A stretch of DNA of 64,000 nt from NCBI GenBank assembly GCA_964477085.1, contig CAYZDF010000005.1, positions 1,233-65,232 of the forward strand. The letters are read 5' to 3'. This stretch comes from an uncultured Gracilibacteraceae bacterium (GTDB lineage Bacteria > Bacillota > Desulfitobacteriia > Desulfitobacteriales > Syntrophobotulaceae). Made by a program: the position numbers and the translations under genes. The notes beneath the pieces are model-generated. The model was not told where the DNA came from and made no database searches. It saw nothing but the letters and a program-made list of their open reading frames with translations. Positions 1 to 10,405 of this stretch are shown in pieces (within the stretch, counting starts at the first letter, position 1; the number at the start of each line of letters is the position of its first letter).

Positions 1-1091
1 AGCGGCAGCGAGATGATCCGGTCGAAGACTCCTTCTGCCACAGGTAAGTCACCAAGTTTATAGCCGAAGGTCTCTCTGTAATAGGGATGGAGATGAACCG
101 GGATAAAGTGAACGCTCGTGCCGATGTTTTCTTCTTTAAGAAGCTCGATGAACTCAGCCCTGTCTACCCGTATTCTCTCCAGATTCAACTTGATAATATA
201 CAGGTGCCAGGCATGTTGTATATCGTCCTTATTGACTGGAATCTCAAGTTCCGGCATCTGACTGAAAGCTTCATTATACTGCTCTGCTATATGCTCTCTG
301 GCCTTCTGCATGGATTTGAGCTTGGCTAATTGCGTCATTCCCAGGGCTGCCTGGATATCGGTCATATTGTATTTGTATCCGGGGAAATTGATCTCATAGA
401 ACCAGGATCCTTTGGCTGAATAACGGTTCCAGGCATTCCGGCTCATACCATGCAGGCTGTAGACTCGGATACGGTCGGCAAGTTCATCATCGTTCGTGGT
501 TACCATCCCGCCTTCACCGGTCATCAGGTTCTTCGTGGCATAGAAGGAGAATGCGGTCGCATCTCCAATACAACCGACCATCTTGCCCTTGTACTGGGAA
601 TATACGGCATGGGCAGCATCTTCCAGAACAAACAGCTGATGCTTTTTGGCTATATTTATTATTGAATCCATGTCACAAGGCAGCCCGGCCAAATGTACAG
701 GGATGATGGCCTTAGTATGGGGAGTAATCCTTTCCTCTATCTTGGACGGATCAATATTCATGGTTTGGGGGTCAATATCCACGAAGACCGGTGTTGCTCC
801 GCAATGGATAATAACGTTGGAGGAAGCTGCAAAGGTCATTGGGGTCGTGATGACTTCATCGCCCTCAGCGATCTCTGCTGCTACCAAAGCGGTATGTAAC
901 CCTGCCGTACAGGAGTTGACAGCGATGGCATATTTAGCTCCAACATATTCAGCGAAACGCTTTTCAAATTCCACCGTTTTGGGGCCTTTAGTCACCCAAT
1001 TGGATTTGAGACTGTCCACAACGGCTTCAATATCATCGTCTTCAATGAGGGGCAAATTATAAGGCAACATGTCTTTTCTTCTTTCACTCAT
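1..1091 (-). CDS. DegT/DnrJ/EryC1/StrS-family PLP-dependent sugar aminotransferase (3' end cut by window edge)
   Basis: Own minus-strand translation from ATG 1091-1089: MSERRKDMLPYNLPLIEDDDIEAVVDSLKSNWVTKGPKTVEFEKRFAEYVGAKYAIAVNSCTAGLH... Missing from the ORF track because it is open at position 1. Plus-strand ORFs 450-1062 are its shadows. Confidence 0.85.
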   Translation of the reverse strand, partial: MSERRKDMLPYNLPLIEDDDIEAVVDSLKSNWVTKGPKTVEFEKRFAEYVGAKYAIAVNSCTAGLHTALVAAEIAEGDEVITTPMTFAASSNVIIHCGATPVFVDIDPQTMNIDPSKIEERITPHTKAIIPVHLAGLPCDMDSIINIAKKHQLFVLEDAAHAVYSQYKGKMVGCIGDATAFSFYATKNLMTGEGGMVTTNDDELADRIRVYSLHGMSRNAWNRYSAKGSWFYEINFPGYKYNMTDIQAALGMTQLAKLKSMQKAREHIAEQYNEAFSQMPELEIPVNKDDIQHAWHLYIIKLNLERIRVDRAEFIELLKEENIGTSVHFIPVHLHPYYRETFGYKLGDLPVAEGVFDRIISLP

Positions 1092-1202
1092 CGGTAACTC
1101 CCCTTCCTTATATCTACACTAACAATATAAGCTTACTATATGTTCTGCCTAAATCCCATTAATATTCCGGGCTGTTTTTTCGGCAATCAAAAAGTCAAAT
1201 TT

Positions 1203-2414
1203 TTATGAATTCAGTGCTCCTAGCCAGGAGCTGATAATGTTCTTCCAGGAATAATGCTTAATCACATAAGCCCTGCCGTTAGTCGCTAGTTCCTGGCATT
1301 TTTCCGGGTTAGCCAGAAGCTCCTGGATGGTTCTAGCGAGCAGCTCCGAATTTTCGGGTTCCAGAATTACCCCGCCGTGACTTTCCTTAGCGATCTCTGC
1401 TCCTTCACCTTCACCCACATAGATGAGCGGCTGACCGCTTGCCAGGGCAGGAAATACCTTAGAGGGTCTTACCCCTTCGGAAAGCTTATATCGCCTAAGT
1501 GTGGACAGATTGATCGTACTGAGGGAGTAATAGCGCGGTATCTCTTCAAGTGGCTGGAAGTCGATAAACCTTACATTGTCCAAGTTTTTCTCCTGAGCCA
1601 TCTTCTCCAGCCTGGGTCTCTCTGACCCATCACCGACAAAGAGGAAGAGGACGTCTTTCTGATCTCGTAAGATGTCAGCTGCCTCTAAAGCAACCTCGAT
1701 GCCATGAGCATAGCCCATGGTTCCGGCATAGAGAATAATGCGCTTCCCTTGAACACCCAGTACCTCTTCGAGGGCCACATCCCTTTCTCTCGGTTGAAAG
1801 AGGTCTGTATCTACCCCATTGGGAAGAAAGAGAATATCCTCCGCCGCTACACCTTTTTTCTTAAGTCCTTCCACAATGCCCCTGGTCTGAGCGGAAAGCT
1901 TGAAAGCCTTACGGTAGAAATATCCTTCCAGCCATTCACTCATCCTAATGAGGTGCTTATTGGTCACCAGTCCCAATTGAACAGCTGATTCCGGCCACAG
2001 GTCGGAAACATTGAAAATGTAAGGAGCCTGCTTAACCATAGAAGCAATGATGGCTGAAAACCCTATGAATAACGGCGGAGATTCCACCACGATAAGGTCC
2101 TGTCTCCCACTGCGGAAAATCCCGTAGAGAGATGAAAAGACAAAAGAGAAGTAATTAAGCAGCCTCAGCCAAAATCTGCCTCGTTTTACCGGATAGATCC
2201 AGGTTCTGAGAACGGTGATGCCCTCCATATCTTCCTTTACAAACATCTTCCCCTGATATTCAGGAGGGATAATACCCGTCGGATGATTAGGAAAAGCAGT
2301 AACAACAGTGACATCATGTCCCTGTCCTTTAAGTCCTTTGGCCAATTCCCAAAGCCGAACCTGAGCCGCCCCCTTCTCCGGTGGGAAATATTGAGTTAGA
2401 AGCAAAATACGCAT
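1203..2414 (-). CDS. Glycosyltransferase, GT4 family (WcaI-like)
   Basis: ORF 1203..2438. N-terminus MRILLLTQYFPPEKGAAQVRLWELAKGL is typical of GT-B/GT4 enzymes. Start moved to the internal Met at 2414, which removes the overlap with the upstream gene. Confidence 0.8.
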   Translation of the reverse strand: MRILLLTQYFPPEKGAAQVRLWELAKGLKGQGHDVTVVTAFPNHPTGIIPPEYQGKMFVKEDMEGITVLRTWIYPVKRGRFWLRLLNYFSFVFSSLYGIFRSGRQDLIVVESPPLFIGFSAIIASMVKQAPYIFNVSDLWPESAVQLGLVTNKHLIRMSEWLEGYFYRKAFKLSAQTRGIVEGLKKKGVAAEDILFLPNGVDTDLFQPRERDVALEEVLGVQGKRIILYAGTMGYAHGIEVALEAADILRDQKDVLFLFVGDGSERPRLEKMAQEKNLDNVRFIDFQPLEEIPRYYSLSTINLSTLRRYKLSEGVRPSKVFPALASGQPLIYVGEGEGAEIAKESHGGVILEPENSELLARTIQELLANPEKCQELATNGRAYVIKHYSWKNIISSWLGALNS

Positions 2415-2418
2415 ATGA

Positions 2419-3756
2419 TCAATCCAACCCCACATCATAATTCCGCCTAAAGCTCATAACCACCAATACCGCACAACTCAGCCAAAGTATCGGATCCTCG
2501 AAGAAGCGTCCTTCTCCCTGGGAGCTGATAAAAACAGTTGCTGCCCAAAGGAGGTAACCTGCTCCGACATAATACATATTATTATAATCGTTGAACATAC
2601 TCAAATAATCATTACTCAAGGAACGAAGCACTATCACTTTACCTAAGAGAACCAGCCAGAGCGCAGTGAGTACGGTGAGGCCAACGATGCCGAGTTCGGC
2701 CGCAATCGTGAGGATGGTGGTATGGGAAAGAGTCGCTCCGTCGGAAACTGTTTTAAAAGTACTATAGTCTTTCAAGAACACTGTCTGAAAGGTTCCCAGA
2801 CCCGTTCCGATAATCGGATTATCCTTGAAAATGGCTATTCCTGCTTTCCATAAGTATAGCCTTTGGGGGTTGGATACTTCCATGTTATGGAAGATAGCAA
2901 GCATCCTGTCCCAAATATCAGGCCGGATGAAGAGAACGATGGCTCCGCAGAAAACACCCAAGCCCAGGACCCAGAGCACAGCCTTACGGTTAGGAAGGAA
3001 GATCAAAGCTGCAATCAGGATGGCAATAAGGGTTAGGACACCGCCGCGGGAAGAGGTAAGAACCAACTGAGCGAGCAACACAGCAAGAGATGCCATATAG
3101 AACATTTTAATACCTTTATCCCTGACATAGAGCTGAAGGACAAAGTTGGCTACAATCCCCAGGACGATATAACGGGCAAAAATATTAGGATCCACAAAAG
3201 TGGCATTGATTCTGATTACATTTTCTTTTAACAGGTGCTCGGCCTGCCAGATCAGGTTACCTGTAAACGCTTCGTAGAATGTCAGGGGGGTAAGAGCCAG
3301 GGCAGTAATATGTACGGCTTTGAAAGGGAGCAGAGAACGATCTTTATCCATGAGTAAAGCCGCTGAAAGAAAAACAGCAAATAACACCAGAAGTCTGATG
3401 GTCTCAGCTACAGTCTTGCCAGAATCTGCCGAATATACAACACTGGCAGTGCCTAAGACCAGATAAACCATGAGAATTATCGTTAAAGGGTCTCTAAGGA
3501 TATCGCCGAATTTTCGTTTCATTTCCCAGGAAAACAAAAGACGGGAGAATGCGGCTAAGATCAAGGCTACACTTGTAAATCGGGTTAAAGATACCGTTCC
3601 CATCATCTTCCCGACCAGCCCCAGATCAGGGTACCAGATGCTGGAGATCTCTAAGGCAACGGCTGCTCCCAGTAAGGGAACCAGCCAAAGCGGTTTTCTG
3701 ATCATCAATGCTCCCAGAATTAACACTGTGATTGCAAGTACAATCCATTGACCCAT
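2419..3756 (-). CDS. O-antigen ligase/polymerase-like (Wzy family) polytopic membrane protein
   Basis: 445 aa with many hydrophobic helices and one larger loop. RBS GGGGGA lies 6 nt upstream of the ATG. Sits inside a glycan locus. Confidence 0.65.
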   Translation of the reverse strand: MGQWIVLAITVLILGALMIRKPLWLVPLLGAAVALEISSIWYPDLGLVGKMMGTVSLTRFTSVALILAAFSRLLFSWEMKRKFGDILRDPLTIILMVYLVLGTASVVYSADSGKTVAETIRLLVLFAVFLSAALLMDKDRSLLPFKAVHITALALTPLTFYEAFTGNLIWQAEHLLKENVIRINATFVDPNIFARYIVLGIVANFVLQLYVRDKGIKMFYMASLAVLLAQLVLTSSRGGVLTLIAILIAALIFLPNRKAVLWVLGLGVFCGAIVLFIRPDIWDRMLAIFHNMEVSNPQRLYLWKAGIAIFKDNPIIGTGLGTFQTVFLKDYSTFKTVSDGATLSHTTILTIAAELGIVGLTVLTALWLVLLGKVIVLRSLSNDYLSMFNDYNNMYYVGAGYLLWAATVFISSQGEGRFFEDPILWLSCAVLVVMSFRRNYDVGLD

Positions 3757-3778
3757 TCTTATTCCCCCATTTGTTAAT

Positions 3779-5215
3779 TTATTTTATTCCGGCTATTTTT
3801 AGCATGTGCTGAAGTGCATAATTTCCGATCTTTCTAAAATCTTTGTCCAAAGCAATGAGAACAAGACAAAAGACAGTTCCAGCCAATGCTGAAGAGATCA
3901 TGGGATTTAAGCTTTTGAAGAGCCAGGCACTGACAGCCATCAGAAGAGATGCCACTATAATACTGGGCAGCTGGCGCCAGACCCGAATCTTATAAACCCC
4001 TCTCCTGACCAGGATATAATAGCATAAAAAGATATAACCTTCCACGAAGATTAAGGAATAAGCAGCACCGTAAATCCCCAGGTAGGGATAAGACACGAAA
4101 ATGAGAATAAATAACATCAATACAGCAGTCCCTTGAACGACGGTACGCTGCCATTGGCGATCGGTTGTCGTGAGGACGTCTCCCAGTGAGAAGCTCATGC
4201 ACTCTAACGCCAGAAGCCAAGATACGATCATGAGGATAGGTATGGATTCATTGAATTTTCCAGCATAAAGCCACTCGGTATAAGGGCCGGCCAGAACAAA
4301 GATAAGAGTACTTCCGGCTATCCCAACCGCTGAGAGAACCTTAAAGACTTTTTCGATAATATCCTGGTGTTTATTCTTATCTGACTCGCCTAACTGGTAA
4401 AGCACCGGATAGATCGCACTGGTCATCAAACTCGGCAGAAAAACAAGGATAAGTACTAGTTTATAGGCTGCGGAAAAAATCCCCAACTCGACGTTCGTTG
4501 TCGTGAGCGACAGGATCAAAATACTCAATTGAGTAAAAACATAGTAAAAAAGTCGGTGAATGCCAAAGGGCAGACCGCCCTTCACCATTGCAGGAAGACT
4601 CTTGATTTCTACTTTAGGTATAATCTCCTTCCTTAATGCGAAGTAAAGAAGGATACTGATGATAATATAGCTGAACAAATGGGTAAAGGTCACAGCGACT
4701 ACTCCCATCCCTGTCAAGACCACAACCATGGTAAATAAGGCAATGAGCAGTGTTGTGAGAAATTGATAAATGGCTGCCAGATAGAGCTTCTGTACAGCTT
4801 GATAGTAGTTATATACTGATTGATTTATAGCATTGAAGCAAACCGCTATCCCGACAAAGGCAATCATGGTTTTGACCGTCACGCTATACCCAGCAGGATA
4901 CATGAAAATTAACATGAGAATATAGCATATGATTACAGTGATGCTTTTGAAAAATAGCGTATTGCCAAAATACTTGGGAAGGACGGACAAATCCCGCGAT
5001 CCCTCCTGAACCATGAGTTGACTGATTCCCAACTCGGCAAAAAGAATAAAGGTTCCCACGTAGGCATAAGCTGCAGAATAGTCTCCATAAGGTCCCGGCC
5101 CTAAATATCGCGTCACAACGATTCCAACAACGGCAGCGATAGCCTTGGCCAGAATCCCTGAAATTCCTAAAGCAGTGGAGTTTTTAATAATTAGACGGGT
5201 ATCCATATCTATCAC
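3779..5215 (-). CDS. Polysaccharide flippase, MOP/Wzx family
   Basis: 478 aa, roughly 12-14 TM segments, N-terminus typical of polysaccharide biosynthesis (Wzx) proteins, locus context. Confidence 0.75.
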   Translation of the reverse strand: MIDMDTRLIIKNSTALGISGILAKAIAAVVGIVVTRYLGPGPYGDYSAAYAYVGTFILFAELGISQLMVQEGSRDLSVLPKYFGNTLFFKSITVIICYILMLIFMYPAGYSVTVKTMIAFVGIAVCFNAINQSVYNYYQAVQKLYLAAIYQFLTTLLIALFTMVVVLTGMGVVAVTFTHLFSYIIISILLYFALRKEIIPKVEIKSLPAMVKGGLPFGIHRLFYYVFTQLSILILSLTTTNVELGIFSAAYKLVLILVFLPSLMTSAIYPVLYQLGESDKNKHQDIIEKVFKVLSAVGIAGSTLIFVLAGPYTEWLYAGKFNESIPILMIVSWLLALECMSFSLGDVLTTTDRQWQRTVVQGTAVLMLFILIFVSYPYLGIYGAAYSLIFVEGYIFLCYYILVRRGVYKIRVWRQLPSIIVASLLMAVSAWLFKSLNPMISSALAGTVFCLVLIALDKDFRKIGNYALQHMLKIAGIK

Positions 5216-5293
5216 TTCAATTCAGGTATTTTTAAATAATCGACCGTACTGTTTTTAGGCCGGAAGTGTATTAAAGATATATTTTGTCTATAG

Positions 5294-6484
5294 TTATTCC
5301 AAACACTTCTCGTAAACCTTGATCGTTTGTTGAGCATTCTTTTCCCAGGTGAAATTATCGTAAACGAGCTTACGGCCTTTACTTCCCATCTCTTCTGCTA
5401 AATCAGGGTTTACCAATAATTTTTGTAAAGCTAACCTCACATCTGCAGTATTTCTGGGGCGAACTGTCAGGCCAATTCGTTCTTTTTCGATGAGGGAGGC
5501 AATCCCTTCTCCTTCAGTTCCGATGACCGGTTTGCCATGGGCTAAAGCTTCCAGGTAGACAACCCCAAAAGCTTCATCCCAGCTGGGCATGACAAAGATA
5601 TCACAGTTTGCTATCTCTTGCATGGCCCTAGCATGGTGAAGGCTGCCTAAGAATTCAACATGATCCTCAAGACCCAGTTCTTTGACTTTTGCTTCAAGGG
5701 TTTCCCTTTCAGCCCCATCACCAACAATCCGATAGACCAGATCCGGATAGGATTGCACTAAACCTGTTTTCCCCGCCAGAGCTTCTAAGATATAAATATG
5801 CCCTTTCGGTTTGCGAAGAAACCCTACCGTCACAAGAACAGGCCTGCTCCCGGAAGAGGTACTCCCTTCTGAGACATCTTCCAGGTTCACACCATTATAG
5901 ATGACGTTGTACTTATCCAGATTATCGGCCCATTGTTCAAGCCCATAGTTGGCTTTCAGTTTATCACTCACCAGGATTACTTGCCTGGCTCGTCTCAGGG
6001 TATTTTTGACACTTGCCGCACATCGGGGAGAACGCCTTAAGGTATGGGCGAAGTCTTGTCCATGGATCGTAACGACGACCGGTAAGTTGTACTTCTCCCC
6101 TATAGCTGCCGCTGCCGCTCCGTCAGGATGAGCAACATGGGCGTGAATGAGGTCAGGCTTCTTTTCCTTGACCAATTGATCGATCAGTTTAGCCATACCC
6201 TTTTGATAAGTCACATCGTAATAGGCAAAGAAATACCCGTTGGGCAATTCAATAACTTTGGGATGGTAAATCTCCATTCCTTGATGCCTCTCGAATTCTG
6301 GTACCCGTGCATATCTTCCCCAAACCCCAGCATTACGCAGAAAGCTTGGAAACCAAGGCGTCGGATTAACTAACGTGACGTTTACTCCCTGAGAGGCAAG
6401 TGCTTCGATTTGCTTTTGCACAAAGATCCCACTGAGAGGTTGTGCGATGGTGGGATACATATGAGAGATGACGATCACATTCAT
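5294..6484 (-). CDS. Glycosyltransferase, GT4 family
   Basis: ORF 5294..6529. MNVIVISHMYP start chosen. C-terminal motif PSWDEAFGVVYLEALAHGKPVIGT is typical of GT4. Confidence 0.8.
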   Translation of the reverse strand: MNVIVISHMYPTIAQPLSGIFVQKQIEALASQGVNVTLVNPTPWFPSFLRNAGVWGRYARVPEFERHQGMEIYHPKVIELPNGYFFAYYDVTYQKGMAKLIDQLVKEKKPDLIHAHVAHPDGAAAAAIGEKYNLPVVVTIHGQDFAHTLRRSPRCAASVKNTLRRARQVILVSDKLKANYGLEQWADNLDKYNVIYNGVNLEDVSEGSTSSGSRPVLVTVGFLRKPKGHIYILEALAGKTGLVQSYPDLVYRIVGDGAERETLEAKVKELGLEDHVEFLGSLHHARAMQEIANCDIFVMPSWDEAFGVVYLEALAHGKPVIGTEGEGIASLIEKERIGLTVRPRNTADVRLALQKLLVNPDLAEEMGSKGRKLVYDNFTWEKNAQQTIKVYEKCLE

Positions 6485-6571
6485 AGGGAACGTTCCTTTT
6501 CTTTGAGATATAAATTTACGACAGCTCACAACATAATAGCGTATTATAATTGTGTACTTATAATTTCAAAC

Positions 6572-7747
6572 TTATGGTTTGGCCTTCAGAACATCCGAAT
6601 ACAACTTAAGAAGCTTAGACTCTTCACTTTCCCATGAGTATTTTTGCTGAAAAGCATCCCAACTATTCCGGGCATAAGTTAAAGCCTTTTCTGGATTATC
6701 GATCAGATAACAGATCTCTTCAGCCAGTGATTTGGGATCTGCAGGCTTGACCAAACGACCACAATCGTTTTGATTAATGATGCTCTCGATATAGCCAAAA
6801 CGCGAACCGACAACCGGCAGTCCTGCAGCCATGTATTCAATCAGTTTGACTGGTATAGCCTTCTGATAATTGAGGGTGGGCAGCAGCGGGACCAACGCGA
6901 TATGGCTGTTTTTTAATATACCAGGAACCTCACTGTAAGGTATCTTCCCTCGTATGCTGATATTTCCTCTTCTTAACCAATCTTCCAGCGGGAGGTATTT
7001 GTCAGAGATTCCCCCCAGATCCACATTCCCAACCAAGTCACAAACGGCTTGGGGATGCTTCTCCCGAACTAAGGGCATCGCTTCCAGGATAGTTTCCAGA
7101 CCTCTTTCCTTGTTGATGCCACCCAAGTATAGGATATGAGGTTGAGATCCCCAATCTTTTATTCCGTCAATAGGTCTGTCGAAAACAAATTGCTCCCTTA
7201 AAGGGAAATTAAACAAACTAACCCCAATCGGGTTATACTCTTTAAACTGAGCTTCCATATGTTCATTAACGGTAATGATCCCTGCAAATTTACGGGCCGA
7301 GCTTTTCTCCAGTTTATCAAATAAGGAAGAGGCTACGTTTCTTAAAGGAACCGGAAGCCAGTAGCGTGTCTTGAGGCTGTCTGCGTAGTATTCATGCACA
7401 TCGTAAATGACCGGCTTTCTTAGTTTAGCTTGTACCCTTAAGCCAATCGGGATGAGATCAGGGTCATGGAAGTGATAAATATCAGCTTTCTCATCAAGTG
7501 AAGCCTTGTAGATTTTTCCAAGGTTAAGAAACCTCTGCACCCGGCCCTTAAAAGCAGGTACATAACGGATGCGGATGCCTTCAACCACTTCCTCTTCTGC
7601 TTGTCTGAAGGTAGGCTTAGCCTCCCCCAAAGGATGAGGTGCGATAAGCACGACATCATAACCAGCCTTTTTTAAGGAATGAGCTTCTTTATAAAAGATA
7701 CGCGCATCCAAAGGGGGATGAGCAGATGTTAAGATTCCGATTTTCAA
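6572..7747 (-). CDS. Glycosyltransferase, GT4 family
   Basis: MKIGILTSAHPPLDARIFYKEA... with C-terminal KLIEYMAAGLPVVGS motif. TTG start overlaps the stop of the upstream gene. Confidence 0.75.
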   Translation of the reverse strand: MKIGILTSAHPPLDARIFYKEAHSLKKAGYDVVLIAPHPLGEAKPTFRQAEEEVVEGIRIRYVPAFKGRVQRFLNLGKIYKASLDEKADIYHFHDPDLIPIGLRVQAKLRKPVIYDVHEYYADSLKTRYWLPVPLRNVASSLFDKLEKSSARKFAGIITVNEHMEAQFKEYNPIGVSLFNFPLREQFVFDRPIDGIKDWGSQPHILYLGGINKERGLETILEAMPLVREKHPQAVCDLVGNVDLGGISDKYLPLEDWLRRGNISIRGKIPYSEVPGILKNSHIALVPLLPTLNYQKAIPVKLIEYMAAGLPVVGSRFGYIESIINQNDCGRLVKPADPKSLAEEICYLIDNPEKALTYARNSWDAFQQKYSWESEESKLLKLYSDVLKAKP

Positions 7748-9072
7748 CTTTCTTCCCTCACAGTGTTATAGGCAAAGCCGATAATGATCCCCAGAATAGT
7801 CATCAACTGCAGATGATAGAATACACCGGCCATAAAGTTGTAGACAAAGATAGCAGGTAAGAGAGCAATATAGGCGACAGCCCACCACGTCTTGAGATCA
7901 AAACGATCGAGCTGTAATCGGCCGGCTTTTTCTCTAATTCGTTTAAAGGCTAGAATCCAGGGCTGAAGGAAAAACCAAAGATAGATAGCGAGCCCCACAA
8001 ATCCGTATCTCCTGGTATAGAGGGCATATTCGTTATCTACAACGGTCGTCATCACGTATTTCTGTGTACCCCAGCCAAAAACAGGGGATTCCCAGATGGT
8101 TCCCACTGCAGTACCGAGACGTTCCACATGTCCCTGGAAGGAAGTACTGTTGGAAAAGTCCAGACCTTCATTAAGCCTCAGGAAGAAATCATCGGAAGCG
8201 GTAACAAAGAGAAGCATGGTTAAAACAAACAGGGCCGCTATCCGAATCATAATCTTTTTGCTTTTACCGTAATAAATAAAGGCCCAGATACTAAGAATTG
8301 AAAAAACAACGGCTATCCCAAAAAGAGAAGTACGGGAAATAGTGAGAAACTCAAGCTTAATGACGAGTCCAATAAGTATAAAAAGCGCGATGGGAAATCT
8401 ATTCTTGGAATCAACAAAATAGTAATGGGAGACCAAAAAAGCCAGAGCCATGACGGTTAAAATCCCAAAAACATTCGGATTATCAAAAGTTCCTAAGACC
8501 CTCGCCGGATTACCCACGATCAAATGCTCCCAGTGGCTTTGATTGAAGTAAGGCGCCAGCCAGGTATTCAAATTGAGGATGTTAAGGTGCTGACCCCAGC
8601 CGAATAGAATCAAGAAAGCCAGTCCGCTCAAGAAAGCTGTCTTAAAGAAATCGAAGTCTTTACGGAAATCAATGGATAGAGTCAAGGTGATCACACAAAA
8701 AATTTTAAAAAAAGTGACAAGTTCCATGACATCTCTCATGCCATAGTAGCCTGCGCCTCTGATGACTACTCCATAAATATTGGACACGATGTAAGAAGCG
8801 ACCAAAAGACCAAAAAGAATAATCACACGCTTCAGGCCCTGCTTCTGCACCTTTAGTTCTTCTCTCTCTTCCCTTTTAAAACGGAACCGATTCAAGATAA
8901 AAGCTAAGACATTGAACCCAAAAACCCCGAATAATAACATCTCATCCAAGCGGATATTGGGCAGAGACGGATGAATTTCAAACGAGGGTAAGATTATTGC
9001 TGAAAGCATAACTGTAACAAGTAAGAACAGCCTTGTTTCGTTCTTCCTTGTGATGCCGTTATTCCAGAACAT
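7744..9072 (-). CDS. Second O-antigen polymerase-like polytopic membrane protein
   Basis: 442 aa, highly hydrophobic multi-TM protein. RBS AGGAGG. Locus context only. Confidence 0.55.
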   Translation of the reverse strand: MFWNNGITRKNETRLFLLVTVMLSAIILPSFEIHPSLPNIRLDEMLLFGVFGFNVLAFILNRFRFKREEREELKVQKQGLKRVIILFGLLVASYIVSNIYGVVIRGAGYYGMRDVMELVTFFKIFCVITLTLSIDFRKDFDFFKTAFLSGLAFLILFGWGQHLNILNLNTWLAPYFNQSHWEHLIVGNPARVLGTFDNPNVFGILTVMALAFLVSHYYFVDSKNRFPIALFILIGLVIKLEFLTISRTSLFGIAVVFSILSIWAFIYYGKSKKIMIRIAALFVLTMLLFVTASDDFFLRLNEGLDFSNSTSFQGHVERLGTAVGTIWESPVFGWGTQKYVMTTVVDNEYALYTRRYGFVGLAIYLWFFLQPWILAFKRIREKAGRLQLDRFDLKTWWAVAYIALLPAIFVYNFMAGVFYHLQLMTILGIIIGFAYNTVREES

Positions 9073-9122
9073 TTTTCCTCCTTATAGCAACGTCCTAAAC
9101 ACTGAGAAGGTTTTTTCCTGTT

Positions 9123-10238
9123 TTACTTGGAGAAGACTTTAAGAATGACATCAACGATTTTTTCTTGCTGTTCCAGGGTTAATTCCGGATAGCAAGGAAT
9201 AGCGATACCCTGGGTACAAGCTTCTTCTGCTATAGGCAGGTCGCCCTGCTTATAGCCAAGATATGCAAAAGCATTCTGCAGATGGAGCGGGAGCGGATAA
9301 TAAATGCCGCTGGCAATCCCCTTTTCATGTAAGGCCATGGCGATAGCCTCCCTGTCATCTGATCTTAAAACATAGAGGTGATAAGCATGCTTGGTGTCCG
9401 GATGTTTTCCAGGCAGGATCATTTTTCCTTCTTCGGCCAGCGGAGCCAAGAGACGGTCATAGACAGCAGCCTTTTCTCTCCGGGCCTCATTCCATTGATC
9501 TAAGTACTGGAATTTGACCCTGAGGATCGCCGCTTGAATCTCATCCAGGCGACTGTTATACCCAACTTCTTCATGATAGTATTTGGTCTTACAGCCATGG
9601 AAACGTAAGGTTCTGGCTTTATCCGCTATCTGGTCATCACTGGTCACGATCATGCCGCCATCACCATAGGCGCCTAGGTTCTTGGTCGGAAAGAAACTGA
9701 ACGTACCTGCATCTCCGATAGATCCGGCTTTTTGTCCTTTGTATTCTGCCCCGATAGCTTGTGCTGAATCTTCGATCACTTTAAGATTATATTTCTGAGC
9801 GATGGCCATGAGTGGTTCCATCTCTACCATCTGGCCAAAAATATGCACAGGAATAACCCCTTTGGTTCGGGGGGAGATTCTCTCTTCCAATTTTCGAACA
9901 TCTATGTTAAGCGTAATGGGATCGATATCGACAAATACGGGTGTGGCTCCTACGTTAGCTATCGTTTCGGCTGAGGCGAAGAACGTAAAGGGGCTTGTGA
10001 TGACTTCATCACCAGGTCCAATCTTGCAGGCCTGAAGGGCTAAGACCAAGGCATCTGTCCCATTGGCAACGGCAATGGCATACTTTGTTCCGCAGTATGC
10101 CGCAATTTCCTCCTCTAAGGCTTTCATCTCTGGACCGAGGATAAATCTGCAAGAATCAAGAACCCCAAGCACAGCTTGATCAATATCATTTTTTATGGCT
10201 AAATATTGAGCCTTTAAATCCAATAACGGAATGGACAC
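9123..10238 (-). CDS. DegT/DnrJ/EryC1-family aminotransferase (WbpE-like, UDP-2-acetamido-3-keto sugar aminotransferase candidate)
   Basis: MSIPLLDLKAQYLAIKNDIDQAV...NGTDALVLAL...FFPTKNLGAYGDGG (PLP-lysine region). GTG start with RBS GAAAGGAG. Confidence 0.9.
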   Translation of the reverse strand: MSIPLLDLKAQYLAIKNDIDQAVLGVLDSCRFILGPEMKALEEEIAAYCGTKYAIAVANGTDALVLALQACKIGPGDEVITSPFTFFASAETIANVGATPVFVDIDPITLNIDVRKLEERISPRTKGVIPVHIFGQMVEMEPLMAIAQKYNLKVIEDSAQAIGAEYKGQKAGSIGDAGTFSFFPTKNLGAYGDGGMIVTSDDQIADKARTLRFHGCKTKYYHEEVGYNSRLDEIQAAILRVKFQYLDQWNEARREKAAVYDRLLAPLAEEGKMILPGKHPDTKHAYHLYVLRSDDREAIAMALHEKGIASGIYYPLPLHLQNAFAYLGYKQGDLPIAEEACTQGIAIPCYPELTLEQQEKIVDVILKVFSK

Positions 10239-10405
10239 TTTACATTCTCCTTTCTGACGGCCATAGATGGCCTAATGTCGCAGTGCCTTGAAAGGCAAGG
10301 AGCGACTACCGGTGGCAACCCAACTCCTACTTAGACTACACCGAATACATCTATATTTCAAGATATGAGAACTTGACTTCTTTAATTAAGTTCAGAGAGT
10401 TTTGA

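Noticed and set aside
450-1062. Plus-strand ORFs 450..665, 646..1062 and 693..899
   Set aside because: They are antisense shadows of the DegT-family aminotransferase, which reads cleanly on the minus strand from 1091 to the window edge. They have no RBS and odd composition.
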